Source: Rhizaria sp. SCN 62-66 (lineage: Eukaryota). From it: a DNA stretch of 37,569 nt. The stretch covers positions 1 through 37,569 of the forward strand of contig MEDY01000467.1 of the NCBI GenBank assembly GCA_001724265.1, read 5' to 3'. Position numbers and translations under genes: made by a program. Below the pieces are notes generated by a model. The model worked only from the letters and a program-made list of their open reading frames with translations, did no database searches and was not told the origin of the DNA. Of the stretch, positions 22,465 through 34,044 are shown in pieces (position 1 is the first letter of the stretch; every line of letters begins with the position of its first letter).

Positions 22465-25400
22465 TCAGGCCTTCTGCACCGGACACACCTGTGTCTTGAG
22501 AACCTCGTAGTCCTGCACCAGTACGGCCAGCGCGCTCTGCAGCGAGGTGAGGTAGTACTGCACTTCGCCGCTGCCCATGTCGCCCTCGGCCGCCAGCGCC
22601 TGCGGGCACTCCGAGACGAAGCGAGACTCTGCCTCCGCCCGGGCCTTGGCCGCTGCGGCGTCTGAGTCAGCGGCCGCAGCGTCGGTCTGCTCCAGCGCCG
22701 CCTGCTGCAGCGTCTGGCGCTTGTTCTGCTCAAACACCTGGCGCGCGTCCTCCTCGTCGTACTCCTCGTCGTCCTCGGCGACCACCCACCCGGCGGCGGC
22801 TTCTGCGGCGTCGGCCTCGGCCGCGGCCGCCACCGCAGCGCCGCTCACACTGGCCTGAACGCGCATCAGCTGCACGCGCGCCGCCAGGTCGGGCGCGCGC
22901 GCGGCCGCCGCGGCGACGACGTGCAGCCAGACGGGGAAGAATGTGTCGGCACCCAGGTCGCTCACGCCGGGCGGCGGCTTGACTTTTCGAGCGAAGTGGA
23001 GTGCGCGGTAGTGCGCCATCGTGGTGTAGACGGACCGTGCGGCGGCCACGGCGCGGCCCAGGTCCTCGCTGGGCGTGGCGCCCGTCGTGGCCAGCAGCGC
23101 GACGGCGTGTGGGAACGGGGACGGCGCCACGGCAGGAGCGACTGAGAGCAGCGAGGCTGGCACACCTACAATCTTTGTCGCAAGAGAGCTTGATGCGGGT
23201 CCTTGCTTTTGCTCCTGTTCGTTTTGCTTTGTCGCGCTGCCGTTGTCGAGATCTAAATCGAGCTCAAGGTCCATATCAGCAGCCTTCTCACCGCCCGCAA
23301 CGCTCGCCTTCTCTGCCGGTGTCGTAGCAGCGGGGAGCGGCGGCAGCGGCAGCACCTCCGGGTCCGCGCCCAGCTGCTCCAGCGGCAGCGCCGAGACCCA
23401 CTCGCCGTGCACCGTCAGCCGCAGCGCAGTGGCCTCGCTCACGGTCACCCCGGGCGGGAACCCGGTCTGCGACAGCGCTGCCGCGGCGGCCTCGGCGGCG
23501 GCAACGGCAGCCTCGGCGGCGGCCTTGGCGGCAGCGAGGGCGGCAGCATCCGTGACAGCCGGGGTCGCGATCATCTTTGACAACGGAACCGACGTGATAG
23601 CGATGTTGTCGGAGAAAAGCGCCTTCGCGGGCGACGCCACAGCGCTCCCCATCCCATCGGCCGCAGCAGCGGCGCCCGCGCCCGCGCCCGGGAGCGAGCC
23701 GCGACGCCCAGTGCCCACGCTGGAGCCCGCGCTCGGTGTGTTGGTGTTGGCGACAACGCCCCAGAGCGGGACCACGAGCGCGGGCCGCAGCAGCACCCAC
23801 ACGGCGCGCTGCAACTCGGCGCGCAGCACGGCGGCCGGCGACAGCGCGTGCGACAGCCACAGCGGCAGCTGCGGCAGCACGCCCACGGCGCCGGCGCTGG
23901 CGCTCGCACTCGAAACGCTCGAGAGTGAGGGAACAAGACTGCTGCTGCTGTTGTTGTTGTTGTTAACGACATTTTTGTAGCCAGCAGTGAAGGCAGAGGC
24001 CCACTCAGCAAGAGCAGGGGGAATAAGCACAAGCTGTCCCTTCGGACCGATAGCAGAAGCCAAGACGCCCGAGTATGAAGCTAAGCCGCCCGACGATGCG
24101 CCATCCGCAGCTATCGCGGCAGCATTGTTCTTGTTGTCTTTCTTTCCCTTCGCAGAAGCTGCAGCTGATTTGTTGTTGCTCTCGCTGAGCTGCTGCGACT
24201 CGAGGAGGCGCTTCCGGCTGTACTTGGCGGCGACCGCGAGCAGCGGCGCGCGCGGCGAGAGCGCGTTGCGGCGGATGAGCGCGTCGCTAACGGTACGCAG
24301 CTCCCCGATCGCGCGCGTGAGCAGTGACGTCAGAAGACCGGTGCCCGCGGCGACCGTGGTGAAGTCAGCGGCGCTGAGCCCGCTGCCCGGCACGCTGTCG
24401 ACGTCGGCGTTGCTGCCAAAGCTGCTGCCGCCGCCGCCGCCGCAGAGAAGGTTCGTCATGTCGTTCGAGCTGACTTCGGCAGCGGCAGTGCTATCACTCG
24501 GGCCAGCACTCGCACTCGTAGTCGAGCCACTACCGTGGCTGCCAGAGTTCGTCGCGTTCTTGTGCACGGTAGCGGGCGGCGGGACGGTGAAGGTGGCGAC
24601 GGAGCTCCTGCGCAGCGCGTGCGTGCGGCCGGCTACAGCGCCGCCGCGCGCGACCGTCTTGGCCAGCCATGTGGCCAGAGACCGGCCCTCCTCGGTGCGC
24701 TCGTCGAACAGCAGGTGCGCCACGACGGACTGCAGGTTGCGGATGAGCGTGGGGAGGTCGGGACCGAAAAACTCGGCGTCGAACACGTCGTGGGTGAGAA
24801 CGTGTGCCGGCCACAGCGGGCACGACAGGCACTGTTGCAGCATGAACCCACTAAATGCAGCAGCGTCGAAGTTGAGGTCACTCGCGCCGTCAGCCTGATT
24901 GCTGTTGCTGTCGTTCTTGCTGTTGTTATTACTGTTGATGTTCTGCTCGTGGTACGCGATGCGCGCCGCAACCGCGGTGTCAGCGGCCTCCGCGAGCGCC
25001 ATCGCAGTCAGCAGCGCCGACAGCGCGGCCGCGCGTCGCTCGCGCGTCACGGCCACGGCGGGCACCACGGGCACTGCGCCGGCGGCCGCGACCGTGGCCG
25101 TGGTGCCGGCCAGCTTGTCGACGCGCTTGACGCGTTTGAGCTCGGCGCCGAACGCGACGGCCTTGGCGACGAGCGCAGGCACGAGCGCGTCCAGTTCCGG
25201 ACCGGCGCCGGCGTCGGAGCGCCAGCCGGCGACGGCGACGGCGCGCGGGGACAGGGCCAGCAGCTGCAGCGTCGCCGGGTCCAGCCGCCGTGGGCGCGGG
25301 GAGCGAAAGTTAAGCCGCCGCTGATTGGGGTCCGCGGGAAGCGCGACGGGGATCGCGGCCACGGTGAAGGCCGCGACATTCCCGCCCGCCGCGCCGGCGC

Positions 25401-26781
25401 CGGCGCTGCCGCTGCTCTTGCCGTCGCCAGGGTTGCTGTGCGCGAGCAGCGAGAGCCCGCCGTTGTTAGTGTAAACGGGGACGTCGCCGCCCAGCTCCTC
25501 GATGGTGGTGGTGACCATGACGAGCTGCGCCTTGACGGCGCCCAGCACGCCGCGCCACAGACGCTGCAGCGCCCCCACGGCGCGCGCGCGCATCGCCGCG
25601 CTCTGCCGCAGCAGGCGCAGCGGCGCCGCCGCGAGCCCGCAGCGCGCGAGCGCCTCGGCGGCCGCCGCGACCTCGGCCGGGTCCAGGTCAAGGCTGGGGG
25701 ACAGACGGGTGAGCGTCGCCGCCGCGGTCGCCGCCGTGGCAGTGAGAGCGGCGTGCTGCGAGTTAAGGTACAGCAACAGTGTCGAGGGTCGCAAGTGGGT
25801 GAGGACAGAGGCCGTGGTGGCCGCGGCATCGGTGTGCGCGATCGAGTGCAGGTCTAAGGGGGCACTTACAACGGAGTTGCGCGCGCTGACGGCGGGCGAG
25901 GACGAGGGCGAGACGGCGACGGAAGATAAGTTGCCGCCGCCGCCGCCGTTGAGGTGCGATGCGGGGCCCGGGGTGAGGCTCGACGACAACAGGGCCGACG
26001 ACGAGGAGGTCAGGAGCAGCGACTCCGCAGAGGCAGCGGGGGCAGTGATCGTAGCTATCACCTTCTTGGCCGGTGTCATCATGTTGCTGTTGCTGCTTGA
26101 GTCAACACCTGCGGCACCACTCAAGCTACTGCTGTTGGTGTTGGTGTTGGCTGGAATGGCGACTGCTGATTCGTCAAAGCAGTCATGCTCCTCCTGCGCC
26201 ACGCCCGTCTGTTGCAGCAGCAGCTCCACCAGGTTGTCGTAGTGCGCCGCGTCGTCCGTCGCCGCCGCATGCAGGACTGAGAAAAGCGTCCAGGGCGGGA
26301 AAGCCGCGGCCTGCGCCGCCAGCGCCTCTGCGCGCGAGAGCCAGGGCGTGTAGGTGCGCGTTGCCGTCGCCGCCGCAGCCGCCGCGGTGATGTTGCCGGT
26401 GCCAGTGCCGCGGCGCGCGCGCGCCTTGGCTGAAGCGGCGACGCGGGAGATGACCATGAGTGGTGACGGCAACATTGACGACGACCCGCCGCTGGCGGCG
26501 CCGCTGCGGGCGCCGCTTGCAGCGCCGGCGCTGCTTGACTCAGGCAGGAGGGGGTCCGACATGCCTTCGGTGATAACCGACTGCAGCGACGCAAACGGGT
26601 TCAGCTGCGACAGAGAGAAGCCCGAGTCGGACTCGCCCTCTTTGCCCTTCGCGGAGCTAGAGCTGGAGCTTGCGCTTGCACTGGCAGTGCTGTTGCTGGA
26701 CGAGACTGGGGCGGGCGAGGGGGCTGTTGACGCTGCTGGCGCCTTCGTGGGGGAGGTCAGGGCGCGGGCAGAGGCAGCAGC

Positions 26782-26814
<33 letters not shown>

Positions 26815-27531
26815 CAGCTGCTGCTGTTGTTGCTGTTGCTGCTTCAGGAGCAGTTGCTGCTCTTTGCGCCGTTTTTGCCGCAGTCTCTGCCGCTGCGCTT
26901 TCTTCAGCGCAGCAGGTGCGGGGCCGTAGAGACGCGAGAATAACGCAAACCCATCAGCCGCAGGCGTCACGGCAGCAAGCAGATCGGTCGACTTTGCATC
27001 ATCTGAGCTCGATGCAGTTGTTGCGGTCACGGGAGCATTATTACCACTACTGTGATTGTTGTAGTTGCTACTGTTCAAGTGCAACAGCGTCGTTGTCGTC
27101 TGCAACTGCAGCGGTGACTTTGACTGTAACTGTGGCTGTGGCTGTTGCAACTGAGAGGCCCAATACGTGTCCCAAGATGTGGTTGTGATGCTCACCACGC
27201 TGCTGCTGCCGCCGCTCGACTGGCGGCGGTGTCCGTGGCTGTGCCCGCGACGAGCACAGTCGCCACTGCTGCCACTGGAGCGGGAGCTTGCGTTAGCGGT
27301 GTTGTTGTTTGCGGGGACACTGGAGTTGTTTGCGGGGATACTGGAGTTGTTTGCGGGGACACTGGAAGAGAGGATATCACTGTGATAGCTTCTGGGGTTC
27401 ACAGTCGCTGACGCAGCGGCACTCGACACGACTGTCGCAGACCCGTTCCCACCATTGATGGAAATAGGGAGTAAAAGATGACTGTTGCTACCACTGCCGC
27501 TGCCACTGGTGGTGCTCATGTCACTCTGCAT
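22465..27531 (-). CDS. Large low-complexity protein with C-terminal VPS9 (Rab5-family GEF) domain (single exon, about 1688 aa)
   Basis: Uninterrupted ORF; ATG 27531 is the first ATG after the pyrimidine/TAG acceptor at 27616-27614. VPS9 motifs PFPHAVALL...TPSEDL, LGADTFFPVWLHVV and GEVQYYLTSLQSAL. PolyQ, polyS and polyA tracts are present. The start is somewhat uncertain. Confidence 0.82.
26782..26845 (-). repeat. CAG/CAA trinucleotide tract encoding polyQ in the VPS9 gene
   Basis: A (tgc/tgt)n run on the plus strand; translates as [21 protein letters not shown]. Confidence 0.9.
27304..27366 (-). repeat. 21-nt coding tandem repeat, 3 copies (S[V/I]PANNS-type unit)
   Basis: gttgtttgcggggacactgga / gttgtttgcggggatactgga / gttgtttgcggggacactgga. 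Confidence 0.9.
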
Positions 27532-28113
27532 TCGTGCCCGCGAGTCGCAGTCGCGAAGCACACGCCTTCGAGTCTCGCGAATGAGCGGAAATGGAGGTGT
27601 TGTTGAGAAGCGCCTAAGAAGGTGTAATGGAAGTAAAACAAACAGGGATAAAATATTGAGCATATACTTTGTCCAGCCAATTCTTGCACGATAAGCAGCG
27701 AATGGGTGTGTCACGTGAGTCTGCAGAAGAGCAAGATCAAAGACTTGGGTCCAAGTGTAACTAGCCTCTCAGATAAAGGGGTTTTTCTGCTCTTCCCCAA
27801 GACTCTAAGCAAATTTATTTCAAAAACAAGTTCTACCAGTGCCTTTAAATATTATATCTCAAAACTAATAAAATTGACGAAGGTTTCAGCCAGCATTTCA
27901 CATGCCAATGTTTGTCCCAAGTCGATCGACTCGAAGCTGACAGAGAATTGATTTGTGGTCGCTGCGATGGTGACTGTGAGAAAAAGCTCTTGTCTGACTG
28001 GGCTAAGTGGACAGCTCCAGGCACTAAGGGCCTGTGTGGAAGGGCAAGATGAAAAATCTTCGAGTGGGATCTGTTTCGAACCTTAACTCCCTAATCCGAG
28101 TTTAATAAGCACC

Positions 28114-29046
28114 ATGGCTGAGGTACGTCGATTGTGCGAGTTCTAATTCATGTCATTTTCTTTTTTGCTGCGTCGCCCTGATGCCTCTTGGGGATGAATC
28201 TTCGGTTGGATATTTCAGAGCAAAACTCCACCATATGCAAGATCCTCCTCTGCTGACAGTTCCGCCTTCTAGCGTGCTCCAATTTAAGTGAATGGTGCTG
28301 TGATGCTAGTAAGCATCTAGATCTGTGGCTTATCTAGTTTGTATTTTAATTTGATCCGACGTGCACTTTGTCTATGGGTGTGATATTGCTTCTCTAGCAC
28401 CTTGCCTGCCTCCCATGCCTAACGTCTCCCTCACCTTGGTTCCCTGTGACCTTTCTCGCTTTCCTCTTCTCTCTGTTCGTCTTGTTCAACCACAGCGCCT
28501 CACTGGTAAGGTCAAGTTCTACCACCGCCGCAAGGGATACGGCTTCATCATCGCCCCCGAGGCTGATGTTGCCACCACCAACGGCATCTTCGTCCACCGC
28601 ACGGCCATCTACCGCCGTGATCTCGTCTTCCCTTCCGAGGGCGAGATCGTGACCTACGAGGTTACCAAGGACGAGAGCGGTACGTTTTCACACATGTCTT
28701 ACTTCGCCCCCTTCTATTTAATTTTTTTTGTCATATTCCCCCTTCTTGCCCTCCTTAGACACCATTTCTCACTCCAACCACGAATCTTCTTTGCTCTCCT
28801 TGTAATACTACAGACCGCCCCAAGGCCATCAACGTCGAGCGCCCCAACGCCGAGACCTACGTGCCCAAGCCCCGTGCCGACCGTGCCCCCCGCGCTCCCC
28901 GCGCTGAGGGCGAGGCCGGTGCCTCTCGTGCTGACGGCGACAAGAAGAAGCGCGTCCCCCGCCGCCGCCCCCGTCGCCCCCGCAAGACCGGCGGCTCCCC
29001 GGCCGCCGGCGCCTCCGGTGCGTCCCCCGCCGCCGCCTCTCAGTAA
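28114..29046 (+). CDS. Cold-shock domain (Y-box-like) nucleic-acid-binding protein (3 exons, 141 aa)
   Basis: Exons 28114-28122 (MAE), 28496-28679 and 28814-29046; both donors GTACGT. Spliced product MAERLTGKVKFYHRRKGYGFI...IFVHRTAI...EGEIVTYEVTKDESDRPKAINV, followed by an Arg-rich tail. Confidence 0.92.
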
Positions 29047-29806
29047 GCGCGCGGACGAGCCGACACCCCGCTCCGATCTCAGAGGGAAGAGCCCCGGGCT
29101 GTCGCGTCCCCCGTGCCCGGCGTCGCGAGCGACTGCTGCCTGTGCAATGCACGGCGGCCGCTGCGCTCCGCGACGACGGGCGTGAAGGGATGAGACGGCA
29201 TGTTGGTTTTGATTAAGAGAGAGAGAAAGAGAGTAAGAGTTGAGTACTAGTATTTATATATTAAGAATCATATCCTTCTTGTTTTTTTTTGTTCCTCTTC
29301 CCTGCCTCAACAACTCACATTCACCACCCCCACCACGCAGCAACTCCTCTGCGCATGTGCAAGCTTGCGGATCTGTTTATACGCCACAGATGCAGCTTGT
29401 AGCTAGTGCGTTTCACGCGTGCAACATACAAACACCCAATTTTAACACATCTATATCCTCTCTGCTGCGTCTGAATTGATCCTGTACCGATATGTTTTGT
29501 TAGTGTTTCGTAGCGACGCTTACACTCGATGCTGTGAGGAGGGACTGGAGAGAAGGCTTGAGAGTGAGGAGTGCATTTGTCGTTTCGTTTCCACTCTAGA
29601 TAAGAGTTTCTCATCGTGACACGTGACTGTTTTTGCCTTTTCCGAATTTGCAAGGAGGTTGTCGTCACTCTTCTATATTTATACAGCATAATTCTGTCGT
29701 TTGGCTTTGCTGCAAGTGATCTTGTGGCGTGCACTTCAAATCCGTTTCTTCGTGGTATCGCGCTCACCAAACACTGCTTCACTGTGCATTCTTCCGCTCA
29801 CCAAAG

Positions 29807-30358
29807 ATGGCGTCCTTTGCCTACGGGTCTGTGCGCCCCAGCTACGCCCGGCCGCAAGCCTCGCCTTCGACCTCCTTTGCCCCAGAGAGCAGCACGGCTC
29901 AATACCCGCAGCAGCAGCAAGGACAGCAGCAGGCGCAATCTTCCCAGGCGTCACAGTCCTCTTCTGCCGCACCCTCCGCGCTCGCCTCCGCCGGCGCCTC
30001 GCAGACCCTGCAGTCGAACATCCGCCGCACGACTCTGCGCGACCCGTTTGCGCCGAACCTCGACAACCCGCTGATGTGTTCTCCCGAGGCGCGTGCGTTC
30101 GCGGAAAAGCAGCGGCTCAAGATCCAGCAGCTGCCGGACCGCTTCATGAACCCAGAGAGCTTCCGCTTCAACTCTGTCAAGCAGCACCCGGCGTACCGCA
30201 CGTCGTCCAACACCTACGGCTCGCGCGAGCCCGTTGACATCGAGATGCCGCTGGCATACTTCTCCGTCGACAGCTCCTTCACCGGCAGTCTCGGCAGCAG
30301 CCACTACCGGAACCAGAGCCTCGCGGTGGGCAAGCCCAAGCGCCCCATCGGCTACTGA
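29807..30358 (+). CDS. PIERCE1: PIERCE1/PIERCE2 (FAP182, DUF4490)-like ciliary microtubule inner protein (183 aa)
   Basis: LPDRFMNPESFR...HPAYRTSSNTYGSREPVDIEMPLAYFSVDSSFTGSLGSSHYRNQSL matches the PIERCE pattern LPxRFxNPxxF...YRTSxxxYGSRxPxxxEMP...FS...RNxxL. Confidence 0.85.
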   Translation: MASFAYGSVRPSYARPQASPSTSFAPESSTAQYPQQQQGQQQAQSSQASQSSSAAPSALASAGASQTLQSNIRRTTLRDPFAPNLDNPLMCSPEARAFAEKQRLKIQQLPDRFMNPESFRFNSVKQHPAYRTSSNTYGSREPVDIEMPLAYFSVDSSFTGSLGSSHYRNQSLAVGKPKRPIGY

Positions 30359-30968
30359 GCGCCGCGCGCTGCGCTCCATGTGCAGAGTTGCGGACTAAAG
30401 GCTGTGTAAAAGCAACTGGCAGACTGGTTGAATGGTTGACTCGGGTCTGTGGCCAGAGGCTACTCATTTGTTGTCCGGTTGAGTCGTGACAAAGCGTGCA
30501 CTGCAGCAGCAGCAGCAGCAGTAACAACAGAGACGTCTTGGATGATGGCGTGCTGTGGATGCTGTTGTCATTGTTGCGCGATGCGTACTATCTCGAGTTA
30601 TTTTACTTTTAGACAAAGAATACAAAGATGAATTTGAAACAATTCCACCAAACTGAAACAGTGTTTTTGCGCATGTTCGATCGTATACGAGAGAGCTTTA
30701 TTTGGCTGAACATGTTAGCTACACTTCTTGCCTACGTATGGTTATAAATAAAAAGAAAGAAAGAAAGTTAATAACACTGCAAAACCCAATAAAATCATAG
30801 CTAAACACGTTTGATAGAATACAAATAAGCACAAAGATATCGACCTTACTTGACTGATGCACACAAAACCCAATAACATCAAGCAAGCCGAGTAAAAAAG
30901 CTCGTAGTACAGACACACAGTCTGAGCGCATCGCTGCGTCTTCAAGTCCTTTAATCAGCACAGCGACA

Positions 30969-31323
30969 TCACTTGCGTCCGTTGACGCTCTTGACCGCGT
31001 TCGCCAGCACCTGACTGAACGAGCTGTTGCCATTCACGTCAGCGTTCGCAGTCGCGATCGTGTTGGTGTTGCTCGAGAGCAGCTTGAGCCTCTGCTCGGC
31101 GGCGGCGACCTTGCTGTCGACGTCGCGCCTAAAGGCCGCCACCTTGTCGTCCTCGGCCTCGGCATCGCGCGCCCGGGCCGCCGCGGCTGCGTCGCCGCCC
31201 GCGGCCCGCGCGCGCGCAGCGAGCCGGTCGGGCGAGCCCAGCGGAGAGCGCAGCAGCGCCGCGGGGCCCAGCGGCAGCGCGGGCGCGCGGGTCGCGCTAG
31301 ACAGGGCGTCGAGAGCGCCGAAA

Positions 31324-31354
<31 letters not shown>

Positions 31355-34044
31355 ACGATGCAATGATGTTGGTATTGGTGTTGACGTTGGCGTTGCGGAG
31401 CGGCGTTGTCGGGGCAAAAATAGGACTGTTGTCGTTAATCCCAGCGCGGGCGGTGTAAGCGCCAGTGTTCCCAGCGTTGGCGCCAGTGGGTCCGTAAACA
31501 CCGGTGGCATTGGACGCGTTGTTGGTCTCAATGCCGTTGTTCGAAAAGCCCTGCTGCAGCTGCTGCCACGGCACTTGCTGCTGCTGCTGCTGCTGCTGCT
31601 GTTGCTGCTGCTGTTGGGCGCGCGCGAGCTGCTGCTCCTCCTGCTGCCGTAGCGCCTGCAGCATGAGAAGCTCCTGCTGGCGCGCATGCTCGCTGGCGCC
31701 GTGCCGGACCCGCTCCCGCAGCGCCGCCTGCTCGCGGAGCGCTGCGCCCTCGGCCTCGGCGGCGGCCAGCAGGTCGGCCGCGGCCGCCGCGGCGGCCTCG
31801 GAGCGCGCGCGGTCCACCTCGGCCTCGGCCTGGGCCACAAGTTCCGACTCCCTGTGTGAGGGGGCAACAAATCGATCGAAGAGGTTTGTGAGTCGTTGAA
31901 ACAAAAATAATCGAAAATAGATAATTCAATATGTGGATGTTGATACGGACAAGTGACAGTGCTAACGAATATATTGCCATGTTTTTCTGAGTGTAGTCAG
32001 TGCACAGAACACGTACCGGGCGGCCCACGCGGCGTCCCGCGCGGCCAGCTCCCTCTCCACGGCGGCGACGCGGGCCCTGAGCGCGTCGGCTTCGTTGCCG
32101 GCCCGCCCGGCGCGCTGCTCGGCTTCGCCCAGCGCCCGCTCAGCCGCGCCCGCGCGCTTCTCGAGCCCGCCCGCCGCGTCGGCGAGGTCGCGCAGCTCGC
32201 TGACCGCCGCGCGCAGACGCTCGCACTCGCGCTCACTCTCACGCACGCGGTCCTCGGCCGCGCGCTGCGCCCGCAGCGCTGCCTCGGCCGTCGCAGCCGC
32301 CGCAGTTGCGGGCCCGGCGGCGGCGGCGACCTGCGCCTCGAGGGCCCGCACCGTGGCCTGCGCCGTCGCCAGCTCCTGCTGCAAAGCCTGTGTGATGTCG
32401 CAGTTGCAAGAGGGACAAAAGCAAGATGTGCAACGAAGAAAGAGTGTCAGCAGAATGTTAAATAATACAGCTTGTTGAAACAAAAATAGACATGACAATG
32501 GATCGTAGAGGGGATAGTTAACATACCGTAGCGTGCGCCTTGACCCTGGCGAGCTCCCTCGCGTGCTCAGCGCCCGCCTCTGCGCGCTCCTCGTGCACCC
32601 GCGCCTCGGCCCTGCCGCGCGCGCGCCGCTCGACCGCGGCCTCGGCCTCGCGCTCGGCCAGCGCCATGCGCGTCTCCTGCAGCGCGCGCTCGGCCTCGCG
32701 CAGACGAGCTGTCAGGTCGCCCTCGCGCGTGCCTGCCGCCGCGCCAGCACCGCGCAGCAGCCGCGCCTCGGCGCCGCGCTCCGCCGACTCCTGCTCCGCG
32801 GCGCGCGCGCGCTGCTCAGCGGCCTCGGCGCGCGCGCGGAGCTCGCGGTTCGTGGCGTCGGCCGCCGCCAGCACGGCCACGCGGTCGCTCAGCACCGCGT
32901 TCTCGGCGCGCAGGCTCGTCGCGTCCGCGGCCGCGGCGGCGAAGTTGGCCTCGGCGGCCTCGGCCGCGGCCGCTGCGCGTGCGAGCACGGCGGCGTGCTG
33001 CGTCTGCTGCGCCTGGACCTCGGCCTCGAGCTCGCGCAGATAACGCGCCTGACCCTCGCGCGCGTCGAGGCTGCCCTTGGCGAGCACCCGGAGCTCCGCG
33101 ATGCGCGCCTGCTCCTGCTCCAGCGCCGCGCGGGCCGTGGCCAGATCGGTGTGCAGCGCGGCGACCGCGCGCGCGAGGTCCGCGGCCGCCTGCTGCTGCA
33201 GCGCCATGCGCGCCGCGCGCTCCTCGGCCAGCAGCGCCTCCAGCTCGCCGACGCGGCTCGTCGCCAATGCGGCGGCCGCCAGGGACGCGGCGGCCGTGTG
33301 CGGCGCGGGGGACAGCGACGAATCCGTGCCGCCGCTGCCGTTGGCGTTGCCGTGCAGGGAGGCCGCAGTGAAGGCAGCGGGATCGTACTGACTCTGATTC
33401 TGGTACTGGCTCTGGTTGTGCTGTTGCTGCTGGTCGGAGTCAGCCTGGGGGTAGACGGAGGACAGCGGGAGCAGCGGGCCTCTCTGCTGAGCAGCTGAGG
33501 CATTCGTGTTGTTGTTATTGGCCGCAGCAGCAGCCGGACTCGGGTAGTACGGCGTGTAGCCGCCACTAGTCCTGTTGTTGTTACCGTACTGCGACGTGTT
33601 ATTGTTGTTGCTAGAGGGACGTGAGGGGGAAAGAAGGCGCGCGGCGTCGCGGGCGGTGCGGTCCAGCGCCTCCTGCTGCTGCTTCAGACGCACCATGTCG
33701 TCGTGCAGCCGCCCCAGATGGTCCTGCGACAGCGTGCCCCCGCCCGCGGGGTGCGCGCGGAGGCCGGACGACGGGCGTGGCAGCGCGCGCAGGTGGCTGT
33801 GGCTGTGTGCGGGCGCGGGGGAAGAGAGGTGCGAGATGTGGAGCTCATCGGTGAGCTTCGCGGTCAGCGTCTCAACATCGTGGCGGAGGTCCGCGAGGGT
33901 CTTCTTGGCCTCGCCACCATAGGCGTTGTGAGGCGCAAAGCGGCCCGAAGAGGGGAGGTACGACGCGCTCGTGTTGAGGCCGCCGCCGCCACTACCAGAG
34001 AAACGGGCACCGGCAGTAGACCGGTTAAAGCGGGACGATGACAT
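30969..34044 (-). CDS. Long coiled-coil protein of unknown function (3 exons, about 923 aa)
   Basis: Exons 34044-32527, 32387-32017 and 31851-30969; donors GTATGT and GTACGT, CAG acceptors; the frames join (phase 0, then phase 2). Extended A/E/R/Q/L heptad-like segments plus polyQ and polyS. No catalytic motif recognised. Confidence 0.8.

Noticed and set aside
27532-27714. N-terminal extension of the VPS9 ORF to GTG 27714 (likewise the ORF-track extensions at 5077, 20713, 29729 and 34638)
   Set aside because: These extensions translate polypyrimidine/acceptor sequence from non-ATG starts. The first ATG after the acceptor is more plausible.
27998-28083. A-box-like GGCTAAGTGG and B-box-like GTTTCGAACC suggesting a tRNA or Pol III gene
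   Set aside because: Both boxes deviate from consensus and I could not build a cloverleaf.
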